DNA of 64,000 bases from Phoronis australis (taxonomy: Eukaryota > Animalia > Phoronida). The notes beneath the pieces were generated by a model. The model saw only the letters and a list, made by a program, of their open reading frames with translations. It was not told the origin of the DNA and did no database searches. Positions 13,850-25,831 of this stretch are shown piece after piece. Both the position numbers and the translations under genes were made by a program. Each line of letters begins with the position of its first letter. The first letter of the stretch is position 1. The stretch is from contig NMRA01000141.1 of assembly GCA_002633005.1 (NCBI GenBank), positions 607,609 to 671,608 on the forward strand, given 5' to 3'.

Positions 13850-13970
13850 GCTATAGCCCCATCACTTTTTTCAGTGCTACGCTGCACATGGTCTATCTAG
13901 GCGGTGCACCATAGGAGGGCTGAGGTGTATTCAGTAGCCCCCACACTTTTTCAGTGCTGGGCCCCTCCTA
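13850..13970. repeat. Short imperfect direct repeat, probable MITE end
   Basis: gcaccatagg...agcccc..actttttcagtgct occurs twice about 55 bp apart. Confidence 0.5.
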
Positions 13971-14559
13971 GTCAAGTGTACAGCCTATGGTGTAGATCAA
14001 GCAAATGGGTATATCTGAGGTTCCAAGTCATCAAATTTATAAGTCACTCATGGTCAGTATTTATCATGTATACTAAATTATTAATCAATTAATTTTCAAA
14101 TGCATGGTTTCTCCCGCCAAAGCCAGAACCTGCACGTGACGTAGCAAACATTTGACAAATGTGGATAGACATCGCCAATGTTCTCACCCAGCTAACATGT
14201 TTCCTAATGTCATCGTTGACTCTGTTGTTGAAGCGCCGTCGTTTAGGGCTAAGGTTTCACTAAAACGTTTAAGTGATCATTCACTTCTTGAGCAATTTAG
14301 TGTCGCTGCTTTGTTGTTTAGGTAACGTGGCCTCGGAGTAGAATTAATTTAACAATGCAAACGTGAAAGCGTGCGTGTTCCAAACATATGCAGAACCACT
14401 GTTGTTTGGACACACCTCGTTTTCAAGCATAATGGCGAATCTGCAAGTACTGAATAGCACCGTCACTAATAAGCCAAGGGTCATGTTTGTGTCTGGGTGT
14501 ATGCGCTTTTTGATCCGTCTGGAAGTAGGTCGTCGCCTTCTCTAAACTCTAGACAAGGG

Positions 14560-16200
14560 TTACCTAACATTGCTTTCAAAATGCCCTATATCCTGATCCT
14601 AACAGACTTTAGAGTTTCTATTAAAGCTAATGACCAATAAGACTCTGAGTAGCTCTTGTGAATTTTCCTAGTGTTTCGCGCAGTAGACCCAACGTACCCT
14701 GCCTGCGTATGGTTTAATGCGCGGTCAAAAAAGCGAAAACAATGGCTCAAAATGATATTAATACCACTACCAGTCTATTGGAACAATGCCCTAACACATA
14801 TGAAAGGCCTTCTAAAAGTTTCCGACATCATATTGAAGTATTGAAGTTTTTCATTAAGTTGCCTTTGCAATAAAGTTCCATAAATGCCATTGATGTTTTT
14901 TGCATATGACACGGTTATTCAAAAGACCGATTACGATTAACCCCGTGGGCAGAAGACACAACTTTCACCTTCTTTTCTTTGTTTTCTCATCCTTGGAACT
15001 CCTTTAAAATATGATTGGGTATTATGTTTTTTCATTTTGTTGTAAGTCATGTAAATGTGTACCAATTTTGACATTTGCCCTCGGGTGCAATTCCTGATCA
15101 TGTGAACGGGGCTATAGACAGCTAGAACTCTGTCCAAGTACTGTAGTACACTCCTTGCTCCGTCTCCAACTAATGATTGTGGAATTAACTGCGAGTTTTT
15201 CACTTTCCCGTGTTTTTGATACTATACAGCATTTCCAGGGATCATTAAAAACGTGGCTGTGACTCAATTGATCCACATAGTCTCAAATTTATGGCCCACC
15301 TATTTTGAGGGCCTATGCGTCATTTGTGTCCTTTACCGATTTGCATTTTTGCGAGGGCATTTTAAAGCGACATTGTCGGAGAAAAAAATGATTTTCTGGA
15401 ATCAACCCTGTGCAGATTCGAACAAGGAATTTTCGGGGTCGCAGTTGAGGATTTGTAATAAAACCACATAAAACAACGGAATTTACTATTTTGTAGCTCT
15501 GGTCAAATCTAGCAACTTCAAAATGCCTATCACATCTAACAACTCCATCCTAAATGCCTTTTGCGGTTGAAAAACGGCAATGTACCTTTAACAAAGAGCA
15601 CTTTGGCATATTAGAAAGTCTGAAAATTCCCAATGCTCTCGGATTTTCAATACTGACATTATTTTTATGTTAAAGCTACATTTCTGCTGAGCTGGCTAAA
15701 AATGATAATCAAATTAAATCGTTCACTGTCAGGCGTTCGGTCTCATAATGTTCCTTACCGTGACAGGAGCCCGTTCGAATTCGCAATTTTAGGGTTGGCC
15801 AACTCCAATAAATCTGAAGCGTTTTTGAGTCGCTAATGGTTTCCGTGCTCTTGTTGGTAACTGAAATAGAATCCTATCACAGCTAGGAATTTTATATTAT
15901 GAGACCGAATTGATGAGAACAAACTGCCTAATTAAATTTCCGTTTTCAGCCCGCAGCTGTTAGGGAAATGCTTTTTTTACATTTTCTAAAGGTTTTTAAA
16001 AGGACCTTTAAAGTGCAAGTGTTCTGTTTTCAGCGATCAGAACCATTGATAACTTATTTGCTTCGAAGGTGATTGCTAAGTTATCTGTGCATTTTCCAAA
16101 AGTGTACGTTTGTACCAGATATTTTAATTTGAAATTTGCTGTGACGAATACAATTCCTTAGTAGATCTACTAAGGCTTTCATATGTGTTAATATTGAATG
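14560..16200. mobile_element. Degenerate or nested non-autonomous DNA transposon sequence; boundaries approximate
   Basis: Inverted motif pairs taacacatatgaaag (~14790) / ctttcatatgtgtta (~16180) and cggtctcataat (~15740) / attatgagaccg (~15900); the cggtctcataat...ataggattctattt motif recurs near 650. Confidence 0.4.
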
Positions 16201-16555
16201 GTTCAGTTAAGTTAACACATAGCCCTTCTCCTCAACCTGTCGACAACTCTGGCCCGGCATAACTTGTAAAGTGGAGCCTGTTTTTGGTATTTTCTGAAAA
16301 GTTTAATGCACAGTGTTGCCAATTATTGTCAATTATTAATCACAACAGCTTGTTTAAACAGAATTGTTGGAATAAGTCGACGTTAGATAATTGCAGCTAA
16401 ATTATGATGGTCGAACTGCGTTCCTACTTCAAAAAAAAATGCTGACAAAAAGTTAGTATGAGCTCAAGTAGAGCCGGATTAATTCAAGATATTATTCCAG
16501 TTACTTGTAGTTATGTGTAACTATTCTTAGAGACTGCGTTTTTACTCAGGTGAGT

Positions 16556-17174
16556 TGTAATCAGAAACAGATGTGTGGAATGGGGTAAGACCAAATTTCT
16601 GACTTCATGAAACAGACCCAAGACCAACTAAATAAAAATGTTAGAACTCTAGGCCCTTCTCCGTCCATGTCACGGTCTAAACTTGTTGCGAAAAAAGGCT
16701 TAAGGGTCTATTCAAATTATACTCATCCTACTGTCTCGCACGGCGATTTTTATAATGTAATTATTCGTAGGGCCCTACCGAGAAAAGTATACTTATATTA
16801 TCACACCACGGCAAACTAGATTCAACGTGATAGGCCGATCACCTTCCATCCAGCCATTCANTGTAATCAGAAACAGATGTGTGGAATGGGGTAAGACCAA
16901 ATTTCTGACTTCATGAAACAGACCCAAGACCAACTAAATAAAAATGTTAGAACTCTAGGACCTTCTCCGCCGGCCATGTCACGGTCTAAACTTGTTGCGA
17001 AAAAAGGCTTAAGGGTCTATTCAAATTATACTCATCCTACTGTCTCGCACGGCGATTTTTATAATGTAATTATTCGTAGGGCCCTACCGAGAAAAGTATA
17101 CTTATATTATCACACCACGGCAAACTAGATTCAACTGAACGTGATAGGCCGATCACCTTCCATCCAGCCATTCA
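16556..17174. repeat. Tandem ~305-bp near-identical duplication across a single N (probable allelic assembly artefact)
   Basis: 16556-16860 matches 16862-17174 with small indels; the junction is exactly the n at 16861. Confidence 0.85.
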
Positions 17175-18224
17175 TTGTCTACCCACTTAATCTGAACTGA
17201 CAACCCAAATATATGTCAAAAGCTGTGAATTTTTACGCAAATTTAACTATATCAAAAAATGCTCCCCATCTCAGCTGCACGTCCCCAATATACTCCCAAA
17301 GGCACTGCCTTCCTTCCCCCGGCGCTTCGGCGCTCGGTTCGCACCCGGCGCTGCCGGTCAGGACGTCTGGCACGCCTTATGAAGTATAACTACGACATCT
17401 ATTGAATATATTGCGAACTGACAAGTACAAACTGGTTTTTTTAAAGCAAATTTAATTCTGTGTTCCACATTGGTATACTTGAAAAAAGTGTTAGTATATT
17501 TGATCACAAGAATTTTAGAACATTTGATAATCTTTGAACAAAGATCTAAGTCACTATTCGACAAATTAATCATTTGCTGAAATGTGCTGGATCTCCTTTA
17601 TATCCCAGCATGCCACACCCAGTTAAATACTTCCTGCTCATTTCAAATTGACCCAATTCTTTCCTTCAGGCTTGGGGGGAAAACAGCTAAACTTTCGAAC
17701 GTTTATTGCCGGCGATCAGGCCGGATTATTGGTAAGTACCGAGTTTTATAATTGTGAACTTTCAAGCTTCTCATTCGTTATTCAAAATAATAATAATAAG
17801 ATAGTTCAATGCGCCACTCGATGATTCACCCTACCGACCGACAGTAGACACAGGCCGCTCATTCAACAGCAGCAGATTCTCAAGTCGGGAGAATATTCCA
17901 CTGTCTTCATATCGGGAGACTTTCACCATATCAGAAGAATTTCACTGGCTTGACGATGCATGAATCTCCCGAAAGTGAGAATTTGCTTTCACTTACTTGA
18001 AAATTAAAATTTTTTTATTCCCAAAAAATTGCTATGTCAATACTGAATTTTGTTTAAATATTAAAAGTTGCTTAGTTCTTAGTTGGGAGGTTTGTAGAAA
18101 ACTAGAAAAGTACCACCGTCTGCAGGGCACTGCAGGAGGTTTGTTGCTGGAAGCTTTTCAGTGAATTATGCCGCACATTGATTGAAACATCAAAGTCTCA
18201 TTGTTTTAAGTATTGTTTGCAGGT

Positions 18225-18500
18225 AGAGGAACACCAGAAGAGGCAATCGATGTCTTTCATTCCTCCCAACTCAAACAAATACTCTCATGACATGACTTTA
18301 TGATCAACCTTTTTTGTGAGCAGTCCTTCGTTCAGTTGCCCAAATCAGCAATATCTCCTGGCGCGAACTGTTTAAAAATGGCCAGTTGCTGATTTGGGCA
18401 ACTGAACAAAGGACTGCTTGAAAAAAGTTTGATTATGGAAGTATTTGTTCGAGTTGGAATTAAGTAAAGACATTGGCGACCTCCTAAGATGTCCCTATGT
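18225..18500. mobile_element. Palindromic MITE-like element
   Basis: Long imperfect inverted repeat, e.g. gcagtccttcgttcagttgcccaaatcagcaa vs ttgctgatttgggcaactgaacaaaggactgc, with pairing extending outward. Confidence 0.7.
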
Positions 18501-18569
18501 GCTGTTGTAGATGTGCTTCCGGTGAATCATATATGAGCCTCTGTTAGCTACTCGCTAACGGGCAATTTC

Positions 18570-18640
18570 TTATTAGCTGAATGGTTAGCACGCTTGCCGA
18601 TTTTATGGGGGTCACTGGTTCGATACCCGGGTCGGGTAAC
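18570..18640 (+). mobile_element. tRNA-derived SINE head or tRNA pseudogene
   Basis: Pol III A-box tagctgaatgg and B-box ggttcgatacc at tRNA-like spacing; acceptor and anticodon stems pair poorly. Confidence 0.55.
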
Positions 18641-19269
18641 AATATGACTCTGATGTTTAATCAGTGTGAGGCATAATTCGCCGAAGAGCTTCCGACCAGT
18701 TGAGATGGTGGCACTGTTTACTTCAAGACCTGAAACAAGGCGATCAGTCTATCGGAAAGCAAATCGACCTGATCAATTTTTAATTCCCATAGTCAATTTT
18801 AGTAATTTTCCCACTATATTCATTGACACCAGGCTTGGATTTCCTGATGGAATACTTTTTTCCTCTCGACATTAAAATCCATTCTTCAGATCAAGAGAAT
18901 TTCTTTCAAGAGAAGTCACCCCTTCGACAGAAATTCTTCAAATTTGAGAACCTGCCTGTTCTTGTTGTAGCATATTGATTCACAGACAAATGTCTTATTT
19001 GTACTCAAACTTCCCTGCGGTGTTACCTGCATGGCTGTGGTAACTAAAAGCGGCCTATGGCTAACATTTCCAATGCTCTTGCATTAGTAATGTTTCCAAT
19101 TCTTGTAGATCACTTTGTGGGGGTACCGAGTTCAATTCCCAGTTGGGACATTGACTCAGCTATTTCTACTGTTGGCATAGTCGATGTATAGATTTCATCC
19201 TTTATCTAGTCAGAGGTAGTGTTGCAAAAGTGGTCTGTGCTTGGCTGGATAATCATTTGTAGGAAAATC

Positions 19270-19340
19270 CACCTGTACCCGAGATTCAAATCGGGTGTCT
19301 CCTGCCGGAGAGTCGAGCATCCAAACAGTTCAGCCAAGAG
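19270..19340 (-). mobile_element. Degenerate tRNA-derived SINE head
   Basis: Reverse strand ctcttggctgaactgtttggatgctcgac...cccgatttgaatctcggg; degenerate A and B boxes with a T-arm hairpin. Confidence 0.4.
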
Positions 19341-21374
19341 ACGATTGCCTGTTGGCAGGCGAGAGGCTTTACACGACTGAACGTCACACCCAGAACTGGA
19401 AATTCACTACAATCCTTTTGATCGTACTGAGCGGTGGGGGTCCTGCTTTTTTGGGAGGGGTGAATAAGTCCCCCCCTGACTTTCTAGTCTTGTGTGTATC
19501 TTGGATCTCACCGTTGTTGGACACCAGTACTTAGACTTATCGCACTGCAAAATGCACCCTTCCCCATTGTTCTGGCGTTTCCTAATCCTACTTGACCATC
19601 GTTTATTCACCACTTGGCAACGCTAGTAGAAACTTAGCGATAATAGCGAACTCACATGTGAACTCTCCTATTGTACTACACTCCTTGCTTAGACTTGGAC
19701 CCAGTAGCTCAGATGAAATCTCTTGATCGGGGCTTGTGTGAGTTTCACTAGTTCTCAACTAGTTATTAAGTCCTCAAATGAGAAACCTTGCAGTTTATTA
19801 GCCATCCAGTATCTGGGTTTGTAGGTTAGAAGATAGAGTTGGGCTTGTAGTACCGCTAATTATCGATTGATGGCATTTCCGTGAAAACATGTCAGTATGT
19901 CTAAGCTAGTATAAGGTATTCCGTAGCACAACTGAGGATGAGAAAAACATGTCGTTACTCGATTGGTTTTGTCGGTTGCCACTGGTAGTGTAGTGCCAGC
20001 ATACGTGAGTTGCTGATGTGCTCAGCTGTCTTGTGTCCATAAGCCACGTTTCCTGTCAATGTGGTATGTTTCTCATTGTTAGTTGTTAGGTCTATTCCCA
20101 TTGGACACTTGGGTACAAATTCTCCATTTTGGGACAGTATGTAAAATTTTGGACAGTATGTAAATGTGGAATGCTGAAATTCAAGCAGAAACTGAGATTG
20201 GGATGGGCAATTTTGGTGTGCATCACATTTCTCAAAATTTGGACATTTCATTAATGTAAACCTCTTGAATTAAATCCTCAAAAATAGTTGCTGACACAGT
20301 ACAATTCGAAATGAGTAATTGTGTTGTCTTCTTGAATGAAATTGTGACTGACTGTATTGCTTGTTTCTAAAATTTGGTGCAAGCTCTGACCTTGAGGGAA
20401 TTTTTCATTGCCTCAAACTAGAGAATTTTTACCGTAGTAAAGAAAAGATTGCCAAATTGCCATGCAAAACATGTGGAGAATTCTCACACTCCCTCCTAGT
20501 CCACTGAGTCAAGGCATTCAAAACAATATTTGTAGGTGATGACCCTGATGGCACTAAAGTTAAAAGAGATTAGTCACCTAGTTGACAAATATTGATAAGA
20601 ATGGTTAGTCACCAGTAGATGATGATACACAAGGCTGCACCTAGGAATACTTGAACAATTGTGTCAGTAGACTTTTTTACCTTTTACACTTGTACTTTAT
20701 ATCAGATTTTTCTTTATCAAAGTTCAATACTTCTTCACAGGTAAAAAAAGGGTTATAAAGCCAGGTTGAAAGTGTGTGTTGGGTAGTTGGTTATGGGCGT
20801 ATCAGTTTGGATTTAGTTGATTTTTTGAAGCTTGTTACATTGTTGTTGAGAAGGTCTTGTTTTTACATCCTAATTTTCCATTGTGGGGATTGATAACTGA
20901 CTGGTTTCCTCAAAATTTTCGCTGTTTTCCGGTGTTCATAGACAACTGTAAGGCCCTGAAACATGAGTCAGACAAATTAAATCTGACCCTCTGTGTCTAT
21001 TCTAATTGGGAGTTCCTGTCTCTGACCCAAACAGTCTCTCTGACACCCTGTTCAAACCAAGAACCCTCCTTGTCTGGTATCCTAATGTCCAGAAGAGATT
21101 TTTTGTAATTTTTTTGTTCGTACTACTTATTCACCTGGGTGAATGATACTTTCCATTGTCTAAATTCAGGTATGGTACTCACTGTTTCTCTTGATCGGTA
21201 TTCTACAACTGTCATTTTGAGAGCAACTTATTAAAAGATAAGTACCACTATGCAATACCAGAAAAAGTTCTGATTTTTCAAAGCACAGGGGTCACAATTT
21301 TTCAAACATGATGCAGCATTAATTCTTGTTTGTCTTAATTAATGTTTGAATGCATTGTTCCAGAGCCCTAGCTA

Positions 21375-21990
21375 CATGAGGGGAATGGTGTCTTCTGAGA
21401 GGCGAATTTTCGGGGGACTGTAGTCACCACAATTCCACCCCACCGTTCGCCACCCGTCATTGTCAATGCCTCATATAGCTAAAACTAATGATATGTAGAA
21501 GTGATTTTGAGTGTTATTTTTTTAATTATTCAAAGGGAACTTAGGGGAATGGTGCTGATATTTGGCCCCCAAAATTGAGGCACTAGGTAAACAAGCCGAT
21601 TTTTGCATTGCACTCAGTGATTGACAATACATTTATGCTGTCAGTATGCAAATGCTGTAGGGTTGTTTGGACACACTTTCAAATTATTGATGAAGTTAGT
21701 TCCTATGTTTTGGATATTGACTGTTCTGGTCTTACTAATGCTAGGGAATTAGTAGTAGTACTTAATAACTTGCCATTGTAACGATAGTAAAGAGACATGG
21801 AATACAAAGGCTCATCAAAAATATTGTTTAAACAATTCCTGACGAAATTACCATCTCCCAACTACAGATTAATTCACTTTCCCTTGTGAAGGAATTTCCA
21901 TTATAAAATTACAAAATTTATGATTTTTGAAATATGTGTGAAGAAAAAATTCTGTAGTCACCACAGAGTTTCTAATCTCACTCCCACATA
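21375..21990 (-). mobile_element. Interspersed repeat (non-autonomous DNA element), same family as 54470-54680
   Basis: Reverse complement of 21780-21990 aligns by eye with 54470-54680 (gagattagaaactctgtggt...gggaaagtgaatta...ttcgtcaggaattgtttaaa). Confidence 0.65.
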
Positions 21991-24220
21991 TGATAAATGC
22001 ACATATGAGCTCAGTCATTCGGCAAACAGCTGACGGACAAGATGGATACATGTGATTGCACACCGAATCTGAGGTCGACAGCACAGTATATAAGGCAAGC
22101 CACGGAAGCAAGCAATTTTCCAAAAAGAACTCCAAGTGCATTTTAGAATATATTTGAATACTCCGATACCTTTATAACTAATTTTTAAACAGTTAGGACT
22201 TGCATCACTAGCGGCTTAATCAGAGTGACTGCTGCTTGAAGTTGCCATTGTTTTGTTTACGTCAAAGGTCACCACAGAGTAGGGGAATTGCGCTATTTGT
22301 CTATGTCTTGCTATACCAACCAAGGAGCTGTGCTCTGTATTGTAGGAGAAAAATGGACAAAATGAGGAGCAGTTGACAGGTCGTTCTTTTTGAAATTTGA
22401 AAGTGAAAGAAAAATTTGTTGACATCAACAGAAATTCAAAATCTATGAACAAACTGTAATAATACCTGGTGAACAGGTTGAATTCTTTTGAGCAATGCAA
22501 TTTAGTCTGTTTTTCGCATTCCAGCCTCTTTAATAAGGCTTTCATTGAAATAATATAAAGATTGTTTTCTTTGTATCAAGGGCTATCTAATATATATTGA
22601 CCCTGGGGAAGACTTAATGAAAACTTCGCAAAGTACCAGACTTTTACTGATATCGACATCTTTTGAGATTGAGCATAGACGATTATCATCAAGAAAACTG
22701 AGTTCGTGACAATCTTGAATATGTTGAGAAAGTTATTGGTGTCAAGATGCCTTACTTCGATACTCTCCTGTCTATTTACTTAGGAGAGGTTGGTGAATTA
22801 GTTTCGTTACTTTGTACAAAATTAAATATTCAAGAGGGTGGATGAAATCGTGGACTCGTAGGGAGATAGATCACTGGGATCACTGTTGTCTCGTCAGAGC
22901 TTTGCTCAATCAATCCTAGTTATACGCTAGATGGCCCTGTATATGGATGTGTGTGATGTCATATTGAATCCCATGGGAATTTACTCTAGACAGAACTCTT
23001 CCTATCATCAGATTCCAGTCTGTGCTATAGTTCTAGTTCAGCTCCTGATGTACATCACCAATTGATGCAAAACATGGACTACTGTTCATCGGTTGCTACC
23101 TGTTTTGAAGGTGAGATGCACTGGTTAAGATGAGGCGTGGAAAGAGGATGTTTGATTCTAAGTGTGTGTGTCACTAATTACATTTTAGTGTTAGAGTAGA
23201 GTGTTAATTAGAGAATCTGTCTGAGTAGTTATGTGAAGACCGTGGGTTGGAAGAATGTAGCATTTGTTATGTTTACAGCTGTCAAGTATAGAATGACTTC
23301 ACTTCGAGAAACTGTGGATTCTAGATAGTGAATCATTCTCTCAAAACCAAGTTCCAATTTGCCTTTATACTGCTTGACTGTCCTCCTAGCAACTCTATCC
23401 AGAAACTCTGATATCTTAATGTCCATTAAGGGTGTTCTAATGATAACAAAAATAATCTTGCAAACATTAACAAGTGAATTATTTCCATTGCGTGAGGATA
23501 AGTCCTTGGTTTAGGCTTTAGGTTACTAAATTTGCCATGAAATTGTTGGAAGCAATTAGCAAAAGTACATGTTTAGCTTTGTGGAGAAGAAGGGAATCTA
23601 AGCATGGGGATCGTCTTGTTCATTTTCTTGTCAATAGTTTCACGCCTTGATACAAGCTAGTTTGAAATTGCTACAGTTTTGTAAGCCTCATCAAAGCTGG
23701 GTGCTCTGCAGATTCAGTAAAGATTCATTCATACAATGTTCATTAATTTCCGTATGATGTTACTTACATTTCTAAGGTACAAGCTTGTGCATCATATCTC
23801 CAAATCTGACCCTCGTCTTCTCTAACAGAATTTTTACTAAAAGTATTTTTCGTGAGTGTAAACCATTGGTTGGGTGAACCTTACCAAGGTGATGTGTGCC
23901 TAATGTTGAGAACCAGTGCTGTGTGATTTCAGTTCTAGCACATTTGGGAACTGTCACGGGAGTTCTTCACTTATTTCGCACAAAAATAATTGCGAATTTA
24001 TTCCAAAATACTGTTTGTGCGTAAAATCCGTTGCACAAGCATGTATTGCGTGCAAACAACATCCTATATAAAAACTGACGAATATTGTACCGAATTAACA
24101 TGCCTTGAGATGAACTGTGTGCTTCAGGTAACTTTGGTTTGAGGTAATGGGCCATGCTCCTAGATTTGTATCTGAGTCAGGCCTAATACCTGCCATGTTG
24201 ATATTCTGACCTGGGAATTA

Positions 24221-25582
24221 CCGTAATCGTTCGGGTTAACGCCCTGGGCGGTTAAATTGGCGAATCCAAAAAATCGGGGGAGGGCGGTTAACCGAGCAGT
24301 GGGCGGTTTAATCGAAAATCCACCTAAAGTAGGGGATGGGCGGTTAACTGAACATGGGCGCTTATTACGACAGACAACTGCCCTGGGCGGTTAATCTTAT
24401 CTGGCGATCTAAATCCCGACACGACAATCATACTCGGAACGCGTAGCCCTTTTCAAAGAGCTTTATCGTCGCGTCGCCAAATGACTGTGAAAACGTCATA
24501 ACAGCGGATGATCCCAACAAAGGTTCTCTTGCCCTCAGATTAGTCATTCACTATTAAATTTACAAAATTGCTGAGTAATAGCCCCGTGCCGTCCTGCGGT
24601 GCGCAGACGACCAGTCACCACGCAGCCTCCANGAATGGTAAGAATTTTTGTTCAGGCTGAAAATGGCCAATGTATAAACAAAATTATTCTGGATGGCTAA
24701 AAAGGGGATGTGGAAACACACAGTCACGCTTACGTGGGGGCTGACGCAAGAAATAGTAAAGAACAGCCAGCGACATTAGTTAAATTTGCTAACCAGTTTG
24801 ACTGAGATGCAATAAGCGAAAAACAAAATTTGACTAGCCGTTTTTTATTACTTCAAGATCATACACAAACATACATTATTGCCAACGTTTGAATTCAGAA
24901 ATCGACAGGCAGCAACGAAATCGGTAACCCAGTAAGGCACTTGTAGTGTCCCTTCGGTCGCCCCACATCCTCTATAACCCGGCAGTTATATTCATCAAAA
25001 TATTGAGAATTTGACATCTTTCCGTGAGTTGTGAGATTTGTTCAGAATACAAGAGCTTCCCACCTTTATAGAATTTGGAGGGTTGGCAAAACCATTGTCA
25101 CATTTCTCTGGCCTTATTTTTTCGAATATATGTTTTATCCAGTGCACTGCAGACGGAAACTCAGCGCGGCAGACAAAGTCACAGAAAGCGGAGGTTTTGA
25201 CGCCGGCAGCGTTCTTAAACTTTGCAAACAAGGGAAGAAAATAAAATGACAAAAAGGTTCAAATATTATATTTTGAAGTGAGTTCATGACCCAAGACAAT
25301 AACTCGTTACCTGTATTGTAATTCAGATTGCTAAACCACCATTGTGATCATTGATCTTTTTCTAAAAGTCGGGGAATCGCGCGTTTCCTTAGCACTAGGC
25401 GCTAAATCTTCATTCTTTAAAAGTCGGGGATGGGCGCTTAACCGAGAGGTGGGCGCTTAACTGGAAATCTTCAAAAATCGCAGGGGGCGCTTAACCGAGC
25501 AGTGGGCGGTTAAATCGAAAATCCACTTAAAGTCAGGGGTGGGCGGTTAACTGAGCATGGGCGTTAACCCGAACAATTACGG
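24221..25582. mobile_element. Non-autonomous Tc1/mariner-like (pogo/Tigger-type) DNA transposon
   Basis: TIR ccgtaatcgttcgggttaacgccc / gggcgttaacccgaacaattacgg, flanked by TA on both sides; subterminal gggcg(g/c)ttaa arrays at both ends. Confidence 0.85.
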
Positions 25583-25831
25583 TACCTATTCATCCTTTTG
25601 GTTCCATAGCTCTTAGATAGCTGTAATCTAGATGTTATCAAGGACTTGTTGTAACCTGAACAATGGCTTTCCTTACACCTGATTTATCAGCTGAAGATAC
25701 TATCTCAGAACACAATGCATGAAGTATGTGCATTGGTCTGATCAGGACTGAACTGTTATCAAGGCTTTGTAGAACAATATCCACAAATGTGTGTATTTAG
25801 CCAAATGCCAATGAGCCCCTGATCTATTTAA

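Noticed and set aside
16556-17174. Duplicated 70/71-aa ORFs (MKQTQDQLNK...)
   Set aside because: The junction is a single N and the differences look allelic; there is no splice or homology support
18570-18640. Functional tRNA gene
   Set aside because: A and B boxes are present, but the acceptor and anticodon stems do not form a proper cloverleaf; better treated as a SINE head or pseudogene
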